A DNA stretch of 64,000 nt from contig JAXLQV010000003.1 of assembly GCA_046331465.1 (NCBI GenBank), positions 1,472,420 through 1,536,419 of the forward strand, written 5' to 3'. This document shows positions 9,137 through 18,706 of the stretch, piece after piece (positions within the stretch are counted from its first letter, which is position 1; each line of letters starts with the position of its first letter). The stretch is from Thermoanaerobaculia bacterium. GTDB lineage: Bacteria; Acidobacteriota; Thermoanaerobaculia; UBA5066. Both the position numbers and the translations under genes were made by a program. The notes beneath the pieces are model-generated. The model was not told the origin of the DNA. It worked only from the letters and a program-made list of their open reading frames with translations, and made no database searches.

Positions 9137-11235
9137 GCCCCTCCCCGGAGCGGGCCGCCGCCCGCCGCGCCTACGTCCTCGTCGGCCTCGCGGGCCTCTG
9201 GATCCTCGGCCTCCTCGCCCGGCTCGTCGAGCTGCAGGTCGTCCGGCACGACGAGTTCGTGAAGCGCGCCAAGAAGCAGCAGGAGAGGACGGTCGAGCTC
9301 GCGCCCCGCCGCGGGACGATCGTCGACCGCGAGGGCCGGCCCCTCGCGGTGACGACGACGGTCGAGTCGGTCTTCGCGATCCCGTCCGACATCGACGATC
9401 CCGCGGCGGTCGCCAGGGAGCTCGCGCCGCTCGTGGGGCAGCCGGCCGCGGAGCTCAGGAAGAAGCTCTCCGACCGCGAGCGCGACTTCGTCTGGGTCGC
9501 GCGGCGCGTGGACGCCGACACCGCCCTCGCCGTGAAGCGGAGCTCGCTCCCGGGCGTGCGCCTCCTGAAGGAGTCGGCGCGGCGCTACCCGGAAGGGACG
9601 CTCGCGGCCGCCGTCGTCGGCTACGTCGGGACCGACAGCCAGGGCCTCGCCGGCCTCGAGTACAAGTGGGACGCCGAGGTCCGGGGCCGGCCCGCGCGCG
9701 TCACGGTCCTGCGCGACGCGGCGCAGCGGTCGTACGCGATCCGGAGCGGCGGCGCGGGGGGCGGGCCGCGCGGGATGACGGACGAGGTCGAGGGGGCCTC
9801 GCTGAGGCTCACGCTCCACTCGGGGATCCAGCACGTCGCCGAGCGCGAGCTCGCGCGGATCCTCGAGGAGCTGAACGCGCACGCGGCGTCGGCCGTCGTC
9901 ATGGACCCCCGGACGGGCGAGATCCTCGCGATGGCCTCGGCGCCCACCTTCGACCCGAACCGGTGGGCCGAGTCGGGCGTGGAGGTCCGCCGCTGCCGGC
10001 CGATCTCCGACGCCTACGAGCCGGGCTCGACGTTCAAGGTGATCACGGCCGCCGCGGCGATCGACGCCGGGACGATCGGCCCGGACGACGTGATCGACTG
10101 CGGCGGCGGCACGCTGACGATCGGGAGGACGACGATCCACGAGCACGGGCACGCGGCCTACGGCGCGCTGCCGCTCGTCGACGTCCTCGCCCACTCCTCG
10201 AACGTCGGCGCCGCGCACATCGGCCTCGGCCTCGGGAAGGCGAACTTCCACCGCGCGGTCCGCGCCTTCGGGTTCGGCCAGAAGACCGGCGTCGACCTCG
10301 ACGGCGAGAACGTCGGCCTCCTGCGCGACCCGGAGTCCTGGAGCGCCCTCTCGCTCCCGACGATGTCCTTCGGCCAGGAGATCGGCGTGAACGCGCTCCA
10401 GCTCGCGCGTGCCTTCTCCGTCATCGCGAACGGTGGCGTCCTGCCGACGCCGCACCTCGTCGCCGAGGTCTCGCGCCCCGGCGCGGCCCCGGAGCGCCGC
10501 CGCGTCGCGACCGGCCCGCGCGTCGTCTCCGAGGAGACCGCTGCCGCGATGCGCCGCCTCCTCGTGAAGGTCGTCGTCGCCGGGACGGGGAAGAAGGCCA
10601 ACGTCCCCGGCTTCGTGGTGGCGGGGAAGACGGGGACCGCGCAGAAGGCCGTCCCCGGGGCGGGCTATTCGAGCAGCCGCTACGTCTCGTCGTTCTACGG
10701 CTTCCTCCCGGCCGACCACCCGCGCGTCGTCATCGGCGTCCTCGTCGACGAGCCGCACGGCAAGACCTACGGGGGCGACGTCGCCGCGCCCGCCTTCGCG
10801 GCGATCGCGGCGGAGGTGATGCGGGTCGTCGGCGAGCCGGGGACCCCGGCCGAGGACCGCGTGACGCCGTCCATCCTGACGGCCGACCTCTCCCGCGGCG
10901 CGGGGCCCGCGAGCGGCGAGCTGCCGTCCGGCCTCGTGCCGGCGTCGAACCGCCCCGCGGCCGTGCCGGAGGACCTCGACCGGCTCGCCGCGGGCGAGCG
11001 GCTCGTCCCCGACGTCGCCGGCCGCCCCGCGCGGGAGGCCGTGCAGGAGCTCTCGCAGCGCGGCTTCACCGCGAAGCTCGCGGGGCACGGATTCGTCGTG
11101 TCGCAGGAGCCCCCGCCCGGGACGCCGCTCGCGCGCGGGAGCGCGGTCCGGCTGACGCTCTCCTTCGCGCCGCCCGAGAACGACGCCGCGCTCCTCGGCC
11201 CGTCGGCCGCCCTCGCGGAAGGACGCGAGCCGTGA
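9133..11235 (+). CDS. ftsI: Peptidoglycan D,D-transpeptidase FtsI (PBP3-like) with C-terminal PASTA domain; start inferred at CTG
   Basis: SxxK (STFK), SSN, KTGT motifs; TM anchor AYVLVGLAGLWILGLLARLV lies upstream of the first canonical start (GTG 9259); no ATG/GTG/TTG in frame between ftsL stop and TM; CTG 9133 follows GGAGGAGGG. Confidence 0.7.
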   Translation: MSPSPERAAARRAYVLVGLAGLWILGLLARLVELQVVRHDEFVKRAKKQQERTVELAPRRGTIVDREGRPLAVTTTVESVFAIPSDIDDPAAVARELAPLVGQPAAELRKKLSDRERDFVWVARRVDADTALAVKRSSLPGVRLLKESARRYPEGTLAAAVVGYVGTDSQGLAGLEYKWDAEVRGRPARVTVLRDAAQRSYAIRSGGAGGGPRGMTDEVEGASLRLTLHSGIQHVAERELARILEELNAHAASAVVMDPRTGEILAMASAPTFDPNRWAESGVEVRRCRPISDAYEPGSTFKVITAAAAIDAGTIGPDDVIDCGGGTLTIGRTTIHEHGHAAYGALPLVDVLAHSSNVGAAHIGLGLGKANFHRAVRAFGFGQKTGVDLDGENVGLLRDPESWSALSLPTMSFGQEIGVNALQLARAFSVIANGGVLPTPHLVAEVSRPGAAPERRRVATGPRVVSEETAAAMRRLLVKVVVAGTGKKANVPGFVVAGKTGTAQKAVPGAGYSSSRYVSSFYGFLPADHPRVVIGVLVDEPHGKTYGGDVAAPAFAAIAAEVMRVVGEPGTPAEDRVTPSILTADLSRGAGPASGELPSGLVPASNRPAAVPEDLDRLAAGERLVPDVAGRPAREAVQELSQRGFTAKLAGHGFVVSQEPPPGTPLARGSAVRLTLSFAPPENDAALLGPSAALAEGREP

Positions 11236-12740
11236 GGCTCTCGGTCCTCGCGGAGGGGCTGCCGCACGCGCGGGTCGGCCCGGCGGGCGACCCGGAGATC
11301 CGGGGGATCACGCACGACTCGCGCCGCGCCGGCGCGGGGATCCTCTTTGCCGCCTTCCCGGGAAAGAAGGCCGACGGGCGCGACTTCGTCGCCCAGGCCG
11401 TCCTCTCGGGGGCCCCCGCGGCGCTCGGCCCGGCGCCCGCGCCGGCCGGCGTGGAGGTGCCGTACCTCGAGGTCGGCAGCCCCCGGCGTGCCGCCGGCCT
11501 CCTCGCCGCGCGCCTCGCGGGCGACCCGAGCGGGAAGCTCGTGATGGCCGGTGTGACGGGGACGAGCGGCAAGACGACGACGACCCTCCTCGTGGACGCG
11601 GTCCTCGCCGGCGCGCACGCCCGGCGCGGCCTCTTCGGGACGCTCGTCTACCGCTGGGGCGACGGGCCGGCGGCCACGCTCGACGCCTCCCGGACGACAC
11701 CCGAGGCGACGGAGCTGCAGCCGATGCTCGCGGCGCTCGTGGCAGGCGGCGGCACGGCGGCGACGCTCGAGTGCTCCTCGCACGCGCTCTGGCTCGAGCG
11801 GCTCGCCGGCTGCGCGTTCGACGTCGCTGTCTTCCTGAACCTGACGCGCGACCACCTCGACGACCACGGGACGATGGAGGCCTACTTCGAGGAGAAGGCG
11901 AAGCTCTTCTCCCTCCTGAAGCCGGGCGGCGCCGCCGTCGTGAACGTCGACGACCCGTGGGGACGGGTTCTCCTCGGGCGGCTCCCGAGGGAGAAGGCCC
12001 TCTCGTTCTCGCTCGCGCCCGGGTCGGGGGCGGACGTCACCGGCGACGCCCGCCACTCGGGGGCCGGGATCGCGCTCCGCGTCGTCCGCCGCGCGACGGG
12101 CGAGTCGCTCGAGATCTCCTCCCCGCTCCTCGGCGCGCCGAACGCGGAGAACCTCCTCGCGGCCGCCTCCGCGGCGCTCGCGCTCGGCCTCCCTCCCGCC
12201 GAGGTCGCCGCGCGGCTTTCGGCCTTCTCGACCGCCCCGGGGCGGCTCGAGCCGGTCCCGAACTCCCTCGGGCTCCTCGTCCTCGTCGACTACGCCCACA
12301 AGCCGGCCGCGCTCGAGGGGGTCCTGAAGACGACCCGCGCCCTCGCGACGGCGCGCGGCGGGAGGCTCCACGTCCTCTTCGGCTGCGGGGGCGACCGGGA
12401 CCGCGGCAAGCGCCCCGAGATGGGCCGCATCGCCGCCGAGCTCGCCGACCGCGTCGTCGTCACCTCCGACAACCCGCGCTCGGAGGAGCCGGCGGCCATC
12501 GCCGCCGAGGTCGCCGCGGGAGCGGCCGCCGCCGGGGTCGAGCCCCTCGTCCTCGTCGACCGCCGTGCGGCGATCCACCGCGCCCTCGCGGAGGCGGCGC
12601 CGAACGACGTCGTCGTCATCGCGGGGAAGGGGCACGAGACGTACCAGGTCACGGCCGGGGTGCAGGAGCCGTTCGACGACCGCGTCGTCGCACGCGAGGC
12701 GCTGGAGGCGCTCGAGAGGGCGGGGAAGGGGGAGCCGTGA
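11232..12740 (+). CDS. murE: UDP-N-acetylmuramoyl-L-alanyl-D-glutamate--2,6-diaminopimelate ligase
   Basis: GVTGTSGKTTTT P-loop, DYAHKP, VVIAGKGHETYQ; GTGA overlap with ftsI stop. Confidence 0.85.
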   Translation: MRLSVLAEGLPHARVGPAGDPEIRGITHDSRRAGAGILFAAFPGKKADGRDFVAQAVLSGAPAALGPAPAPAGVEVPYLEVGSPRRAAGLLAARLAGDPSGKLVMAGVTGTSGKTTTTLLVDAVLAGAHARRGLFGTLVYRWGDGPAATLDASRTTPEATELQPMLAALVAGGGTAATLECSSHALWLERLAGCAFDVAVFLNLTRDHLDDHGTMEAYFEEKAKLFSLLKPGGAAVVNVDDPWGRVLLGRLPREKALSFSLAPGSGADVTGDARHSGAGIALRVVRRATGESLEISSPLLGAPNAENLLAAASAALALGLPPAEVAARLSAFSTAPGRLEPVPNSLGLLVLVDYAHKPAALEGVLKTTRALATARGGRLHVLFGCGGDRDRGKRPEMGRIAAELADRVVVTSDNPRSEEPAAIAAEVAAGAAAAGVEPLVLVDRRAAIHRALAEAAPNDVVVIAGKGHETYQVTAGVQEPFDDRVVAREALEALERAGKGEP

Positions 12741-14134
12741 GCCTCTCGCTCGGCCCCGACCTTCCCGAGGTTTCCCGCGCGGCGGTCTTCGGCCTCGCGA
12801 AGTCGGGCCTCGCCACGGCGAGGGCGCTCCTCGACCGCGGCGTCTCCGTCGTCGCCACCGACGCGGCGCCGGCCGGGAAGCTCGGGGCCCTGCCGGCCGA
12901 CGAACGGCTCGAGCTCGTCCTCGGCGGCCACCCGGTCTCGCTCCTCGAGCGGGTCGACCTCTGCGTCGTCTCGCCGGGCGTCCCGATGTCGATCCCGGCG
13001 CTCGACGCCGCGCGCGCCTCGGGCATCCCCGTGATCGCGGAGATCGAGCTCGCCTCGCGCCTCCTTCCCGGCCTCGTCGTCGGGATCACGGGGACGAACG
13101 GGAAGTCGACGACGACCGCCCTCGCGGCCGCCCTCCTCCGCGACGCCGGCCGCGACGCCGTCGCCTGTGGGAACTTCGGGACGCCGTGGATCCACTTCGC
13201 CGCGGCCTCCTCGCCGGCGGCCGCCGAGCTCGCGCCGCCGAGCAGGGTCTGGGTCGTCGAGCTCTCCTCGTTCCAGCTCGAGGGGCTCCGGCGGTTCGCC
13301 CCGGACGTCGCCGTCCACCTGAACCTGACGCCCGACCACCTCGACCGCTACCGCTCCGTGGACGACTACGGCGCGGCGAAGGCGAGGATCTTCGAGAACC
13401 AGGGGGAGGCGCAGGTCGCCGTCCTGAACGACGACGACCCGCTCGTCGCGCGGATCCGCACCCGCGCGCGGCGCCTCGCCTTCAGCCGCCGGCACGACCT
13501 CCCGCTCGGCGCCTGGCTGAAGGACGGCGTCTTCCTCGCGGACGCGGCCGGGAAGGGGCCGCGCGTCTACGCGAGGCGCGAGGACCTTCAGCTCCCCGGC
13601 TCGCACAACGCCGAGAACGCGCTCGCCGCGCTCGCCGCGACGATCCCGCTCGGCGTGACGCCGGAGACGGCCGTGAGGACCTTCCGGACGTTCAAGGGGC
13701 TCCCGCACCGGACCGTCCTCGTGAGGACGCGGAACGGCGTCGCGTTTTACAACGACTCGAAGGGGACGAACGTCGACGCGACGCTGAAGAGCCTCGAGGG
13801 GTTCCCCGACGGGAGCGTCTTCCTCATCCTGGGCGGCAAGGACAAGGGGGACGACTTCGGCCGCCTCCTCCCGCTCGCGACGAAGAAGGCGCGGAAGGTC
13901 CTCGCCATCGGCAAGGCGGGGCCGGCGGTGATGAAGGCCCTCTCGGGGGGCGTGCCGTGCGACGCGGCCGGAACGGTCGAGCGCGCCGTCGAGATCGCCG
14001 CGGCCGAGGGGCGCCCCGGCGACGTCGTCCTCCTCTCCCCCGCGTGCGCCTCCTACGACCAGTTCCGCAACTACGAGCACCGGGGCGAGGTCTTCGAGGC
14101 GCTCATCCACGCCCTTCCCGAGGCGGGGGGCTGA
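12737..14134 (+). CDS. murD: UDP-N-acetylmuramoylalanine--D-glutamate ligase
   Basis: N-terminal AVFGLAKSGLATARALLDRG, GITGTNGKSTTT, C-terminal SPACASYDQFRNYEHRG typical of MurD; GTGA overlap with murE. Confidence 0.85.
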   Translation: MSLSLGPDLPEVSRAAVFGLAKSGLATARALLDRGVSVVATDAAPAGKLGALPADERLELVLGGHPVSLLERVDLCVVSPGVPMSIPALDAARASGIPVIAEIELASRLLPGLVVGITGTNGKSTTTALAAALLRDAGRDAVACGNFGTPWIHFAAASSPAAAELAPPSRVWVVELSSFQLEGLRRFAPDVAVHLNLTPDHLDRYRSVDDYGAAKARIFENQGEAQVAVLNDDDPLVARIRTRARRLAFSRRHDLPLGAWLKDGVFLADAAGKGPRVYARREDLQLPGSHNAENALAALAATIPLGVTPETAVRTFRTFKGLPHRTVLVRTRNGVAFYNDSKGTNVDATLKSLEGFPDGSVFLILGGKDKGDDFGRLLPLATKKARKVLAIGKAGPAVMKALSGGVPCDAAGTVERAVEIAAAEGRPGDVVLLSPACASYDQFRNYEHRGEVFEALIHALPEAGG

Positions 14135-14135
14135 C

Positions 14136-15239
14136 GTGGCGCGCAAGCTCGCCATCGACCGCTTCCTCTTCGGGCCCGTGGTCCTCCTCGTCGGGCTCGG
14201 GCTCCTGATGATCTACAGCGCCTCGGCGATGCAGATCTACCTCCCCGCGGCCGGCGGGCCTTCCCAGCCGCTCTTCTTCGTCTTCAAGCAGGGCTTCGCG
14301 GTCCTCTTCGGCGCGGCTCTCACGATCGTCGCGATGCGGGTCGACTACCGCCGGCTGAACGACCCGCGGCTGATCGGGGCGGGGCTCTCGCTCCTCCTCC
14401 TCGCGCTCGTGGCGGTCCTCTTCCGCCCGCCGATCAACGGGACCCGCCGCTGGCTCGGGCTCGGCGTGATGTCGGTCCAGCCGTCGGAGTTCGCGAAGAT
14501 CGGGCTCGTCGTCGCCCTCGCCGCGCTCCTCTCCCGCCGCGAGGGCGAGCTCGAGGACGTGCGCCGGACGCTCCTCCCGGCGGCGGGGCTCCTCGCCGTC
14601 CTGGCCGTCCTCGTCCTCCTGCAGCCCGACTTCGGCACGGCCCTCTCGTACTTCGCGATCGCCGGGGCGATGCTCTTCTACGCGGGGCTGCGGCTCCGCT
14701 GGTTCGCGGGAGGGGCGCTCCTCGCCGTCCCCGCGCTCGTCGCCTACGCCTGGTCGGCGCCCTACCGGCGGGCCCGGATCCTCGCGTTCCTCCACCCCGA
14801 GTCGGACCCGCTCGGCACCGGCTACCAGGCGCTCCAGTCGCTCATCGCGGTCGGCACGGGGGGCGTCACCGGCCTCGGCCTCGGCGACGGCAAGCAGAAG
14901 CTCTTCTTCCTCCCCTACCCCTACACCGACTTCATCTACGCGATCGTCGGCGAGGAGCTCGGCCTGATCGGCTGCGCCTTCGTCCTCGCCCTTTTCGGGA
15001 TGGTCTTCGCCCGCGGGATGCGCGCCGCCGTGAACGCCCCCGACACGTTCGGGAGGCTCCTCGGCCTCGGCCTCGCCGTGATGATCGTCGTCCAGGCGCT
15101 CGTCAACATCTCCGTCGTCCTCGCCCTCCTTCCCACCAAGGGGATCCCGCTGCCGTTCCTCTCGTACGGCGGCTCCGCCCTCTGGGCCGAGCTCCTGGCG
15201 GTCGGGGTCCTCCTCAACATCTCGCAGCACGCGCCGTGA
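14136..15239 (+). CDS. ftsW: Peptidoglycan glycosyltransferase / lipid II flippase FtsW (SEDS family)
   Basis: Polytopic membrane protein with SEDS motifs (QPSEFAK, LPTKGIPLPFLSYGGSA). Confidence 0.85.
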   Translation: MARKLAIDRFLFGPVVLLVGLGLLMIYSASAMQIYLPAAGGPSQPLFFVFKQGFAVLFGAALTIVAMRVDYRRLNDPRLIGAGLSLLLLALVAVLFRPPINGTRRWLGLGVMSVQPSEFAKIGLVVALAALLSRREGELEDVRRTLLPAAGLLAVLAVLVLLQPDFGTALSYFAIAGAMLFYAGLRLRWFAGGALLAVPALVAYAWSAPYRRARILAFLHPESDPLGTGYQALQSLIAVGTGGVTGLGLGDGKQKLFFLPYPYTDFIYAIVGEELGLIGCAFVLALFGMVFARGMRAAVNAPDTFGRLLGLGLAVMIVVQALVNISVVLALLPTKGIPLPFLSYGGSALWAELLAVGVLLNISQHAP

Positions 15240-16624
15240 ACTTCCTCCGCGTCCGCCGCGTCCACTTCGTGGGCATCGGGGGGGTCGGGATGTCCGGCCT
15301 CGCCGAGATCCTCTCGAGCGTCGGGCTGACCGTCACGGGCTCCGACCTCCGCGAGGGAGAGGAGACGCGCCGCCTCCGCGGGATCGGCATCCCGGTCTTC
15401 GCGGCGGGGCACCGCGCCGAGCACGTCGCCGGGGCGGACGTCGTCGTCTACTCCTCCGCGGTCGCCGAGGACAACGCCGAGCTCGTCGCGGCGCGGAACG
15501 CCGGAGTTCCGGTCATCAAGCGGGCGGAGATGCTCGCCGAGGTGATGCGCGTGAAGACCGGCATCGCGATCGCCGGCTCGCACGGGAAGACGACGACGAC
15601 CTCGATGACCGGCTCGATCCTCCAGGCCGCGGGCCTCGACCCGACGATCGTCGTCGGCGGGCGGGTCCGCGCGATGGGGACGAACGCCTGCCTCGGCAAG
15701 GGGGAGTACCTCGTCGCCGAGGCGGACGAGTTCGACCGCTCGTTCCTCCGTCTCCGGCCGATCGTTGCCGTCGTCAACAACATCGACCTCGAGCACCTCG
15801 ACACGTATCGCGACCTCGCCGACCTGAAGGCCGCGTTCGCCGAGTTCGCCGGGACGGTGCCCTTCTTCGGCGCGGCGCTCCTCGGCCTCGACGACCCGAA
15901 CGTCCAGGAGATCCGGCCGCTCCTCTCGAGCCGGGTCCGCGTCGGGACGTTCGGCCTGACGCCGCAGGCCGACGTGACCGCCCGCGACCTCGGCCTCGAC
16001 CGGAGCGGGTCCCGGTTCACGGCCGTCGCAGAGGGCGAGGTCCTCGGGGAGGTCTCGGTCTCGCTCCCGGGCCTCCACAACGTGAAGAACGCGCTCGCGG
16101 CGATCGCGGTCTGCCGCGAGCTGGAGGTCCCGTTCGAGGCGTGCGCGCAGGCGCTCCGGGTCTTCTCCGGCGTCGTGCGCCGCTTCGAGCGGAAGGGGGA
16201 GCGGGGCGGCGTCCTCGTCCTCGACGACTACGCCCACCACCCGACCGAGGTCTCGGCGACGCTCGGCGCGGCGCGGCAGGCTCACCCGGAGCGCCGCCTC
16301 GTGGTCCTCTTCCAGCCGCACCTCTTCACTCGGACGCGCGACCAGGCGGACGGCTTCGGCGCCGCCCTCCTCGCCGCCGACGTCGTCTACGTCCTCCCCG
16401 TCTACCCGTCGCGCGAGGCGCCGATCCCCGGCGTCACGTCGCGCCTCGTCTCCGACGCGGCCCGCGCCCGCGGCCACCGGAACGTCGTCGACCTCGAGAC
16501 GAGGAGCGACGTCGTCCCGCGCCTCGAGGCGGAGCTCCGGGCGGGCGACCTCCTCGTGACGATGGGCGCGGGCGACGTGAACCGGCTCGGCGAGGAATAC
16601 CTCGCGGCTCAGGAGCCGTCGTGA
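15236..16624 (+). CDS. murC: UDP-N-acetylmuramate--L-alanine ligase
   Basis: VHFVGIGGVGMSGLAEIL, GSHGKTTTTSM, DDYAHHPTEV; GTGA overlap with ftsW. Confidence 0.85.
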   Translation: MNFLRVRRVHFVGIGGVGMSGLAEILSSVGLTVTGSDLREGEETRRLRGIGIPVFAAGHRAEHVAGADVVVYSSAVAEDNAELVAARNAGVPVIKRAEMLAEVMRVKTGIAIAGSHGKTTTTSMTGSILQAAGLDPTIVVGGRVRAMGTNACLGKGEYLVAEADEFDRSFLRLRPIVAVVNNIDLEHLDTYRDLADLKAAFAEFAGTVPFFGAALLGLDDPNVQEIRPLLSSRVRVGTFGLTPQADVTARDLGLDRSGSRFTAVAEGEVLGEVSVSLPGLHNVKNALAAIAVCRELEVPFEACAQALRVFSGVVRRFERKGERGGVLVLDDYAHHPTEVSATLGAARQAHPERRLVVLFQPHLFTRTRDQADGFGAALLAADVVYVLPVYPSREAPIPGVTSRLVSDAARARGHRNVVDLETRSDVVPRLEAELRAGDLLVTMGAGDVNRLGEEYLAAQEPS

Positions 16625-17433
16625 GCGGCGCGTACTACCGTCCCGGCACGATCCGGCCGCCGCGCCCGGCGGGGCGGCGCGAGGCGCGGCGCCGCCTCTT
16701 CCTCGCCCTCGCCGCGGTCGTCCTCCTCCTGGGCAGCGCCGCGGCGGCCTGGGCGACCGTCCAGCGGCACCCGCGCTTCCTCGTCCGCCGCGTCGTACTG
16801 ACGGGAGTCCCCGAGCCGCACCGGGACGAGGTCGAGGCGCTCTCCGACCCCTGGATCGGCCGCTCGCTCCTCTCCGTCGACCTCGACGCGGCGATCGCGG
16901 ACCTCTCCTCGCGCCCCTGGGTCGCGAAGGCCGCGGCCCGCCGCGTCGTCCCCGACACGATCGCCGTCCAGGTGGAGCCGCGCTCCCCGGTCGCCCTCGC
17001 GCGCCGGGGCGACGAGCTCTGGACCGTCGACCAGAACGGCCTCTGGCTCGCGGCGTACGCCGGGGGAGCCGGCTCCCCCCGCTTCGTCATCCTCGACCCT
17101 TCGGGGGCCCCTTCGCCCGAGGAGGGCGTGACGCGGGGCGCGCGGCTCCTCGCCCGCCTGAAGGAGGAGGACCCCGACCTCCTCGCGCGCGTCTCGGAGG
17201 TGGAGGTCCTTCCCGAGGGCTTCGCCGTCGTCGACGCTCCCGCCCGCCTGAGGCTCCGCCTCGGCGACGACGCCCTCCTCCCCGAGCGCGCGTTCGCCCG
17301 CTGGCGGGCGTTCCTCGCTCTCGCCCCCGAGCTGGGCCGCCACGGCCTCCTCCCGCGGGAGGTCGACCTGAGATTCGAGAACCGCATCGTGCTGAAGGCC
17401 CCGGGCGCCGAGAGCGCCCACGGAAGCACCTGA
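16621..17433 (+). CDS. ftsQ: Cell division protein FtsQ (POTRA)
   Basis: N-terminal Arg-rich segment + TM, POTRA-like region, position before ftsA; GTGA overlap with murC. Confidence 0.7.
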   Translation: MSGAYYRPGTIRPPRPAGRREARRRLFLALAAVVLLLGSAAAAWATVQRHPRFLVRRVVLTGVPEPHRDEVEALSDPWIGRSLLSVDLDAAIADLSSRPWVAKAAARRVVPDTIAVQVEPRSPVALARRGDELWTVDQNGLWLAAYAGGAGSPRFVILDPSGAPSPEEGVTRGARLLARLKEEDPDLLARVSEVEVLPEGFAVVDAPARLRLRLGDDALLPERAFARWRAFLALAPELGRHGLLPREVDLRFENRIVLKAPGAESAHGST

Positions 17434-17443
17434 GGAAGGACCC

Positions 17444-18688
17444 GTGCCGAAGACCACCCCGTACCTCGTCAGCCTCGACATCGGATCCTCGAAGGTCTGC
17501 GCGCTCATCGCGGAGACCGGAGGCGAGGGACGCGTCGACGTCGTCGGCAAGGGGGTCGCCACCCACAAGGGGACCCGCAAGGGGGCGATCATCGACGTGC
17601 CGGCCACGATCGAGGCGATCAAGCGCGCGACCGAGGAGGCCGAGATCATGGCGGGGGTCCAGATCGAGCGCGCCGTCGTCGGCGTCGCCGGCCCCGTCGT
17701 GAGGTCGTTCAACAGCCGGCAGGTCGTCGCCGTCGCGGCGCGCAACCGCGAGATCTCGCGCGAGGACATCGGCCGCGCGCTCGACGCCGCGCGCTCCTGC
17801 CCGATCCCGTCCGACTACGAGATCCTCACCGTCCTGCAGCGGCAGTTCGTCGTGGACGGCCAGGACGGCGTCGCGGACCCGCTCGGGATGGTCGGGAGCC
17901 GCCTCGAGGCCGACGTCCACGTCGTGACCGTCCCGGTCGCCACGACGCAGAACCTCCTGAAGTGCGTCAACGGGGCCGGCGTCTCGGTGACCGAGATGGT
18001 CCTCGAGCCGCTCGCGGCGAGCGAGGCGGTCCTGACGCCGGACGAGAAGGACCACGGGGTCGTCCTCGCGGACATCGGCGGCGGGACGACGGAGATCGCC
18101 GTCTGGAGGCAGGGGGCGCTCGCCCACACCGCGGTCGTCCCGATCGGGGGCGACCTCTTCACGAGCGACCTCGCCGTCCTCCTCAAGACCCCCGTCCCCG
18201 ACGCCGAGCGGCTGAAGAAGAAGTTCGGCGCGGCCGTCGCCGGCCTCGTCACCGCCGAGGAGATGCTCGACGTGCCGCGGACCGGCGGGCAGGGGGTCCA
18301 TCCCGTGAGCCGGGCCTACGTCGCGGAGATCCTCGAGGCGCGCGCGCGGGAGCTCTTCGAGGTCCTCTGGCGCGAGGCGACGGCCGACATTTCGGCGCGC
18401 GAGCTCCGGGCCGGGCTCGTCCTGACCGGCGGCGGCTCCGTCCTCGACGGGATGGCCGACGAGGCCGAGCAGGTGCTCGGCGTCCCGGTGCGGGTCGGCG
18501 CGCCGCGGGGCCTGACCGGGCTCACCGACATCGTGAACGGCCCCGAGTGGGCCTGCGCGGCGGGGCTGCTCCTCGTCGGGCGCGGGGGGGCGTCGGCGCC
18601 GAAGGGGCGCCCGTCGGCGCCGGGCGGCCTCCTCTCGAAGCTGAAGAACTCGCTGGGGCGGATGTTCACCCCGGCGTCGGCCATCTGA
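17444..18688 (+). CDS. ftsA: Cell division protein FtsA
   Basis: Actin-fold motifs LDIGSSKV, DIGGGTTEIAV; position. Confidence 0.9.
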   Translation: MPKTTPYLVSLDIGSSKVCALIAETGGEGRVDVVGKGVATHKGTRKGAIIDVPATIEAIKRATEEAEIMAGVQIERAVVGVAGPVVRSFNSRQVVAVAARNREISREDIGRALDAARSCPIPSDYEILTVLQRQFVVDGQDGVADPLGMVGSRLEADVHVVTVPVATTQNLLKCVNGAGVSVTEMVLEPLAASEAVLTPDEKDHGVVLADIGGGTTEIAVWRQGALAHTAVVPIGGDLFTSDLAVLLKTPVPDAERLKKKFGAAVAGLVTAEEMLDVPRTGGQGVHPVSRAYVAEILEARARELFEVLWREATADISARELRAGLVLTGGGSVLDGMADEAEQVLGVPVRVGAPRGLTGLTDIVNGPEWACAAGLLLVGRGGASAPKGRPSAPGGLLSKLKNSLGRMFTPASAI

Positions 18689-18706
18689 AGGGACCTGGAG
18701 GTAGAG

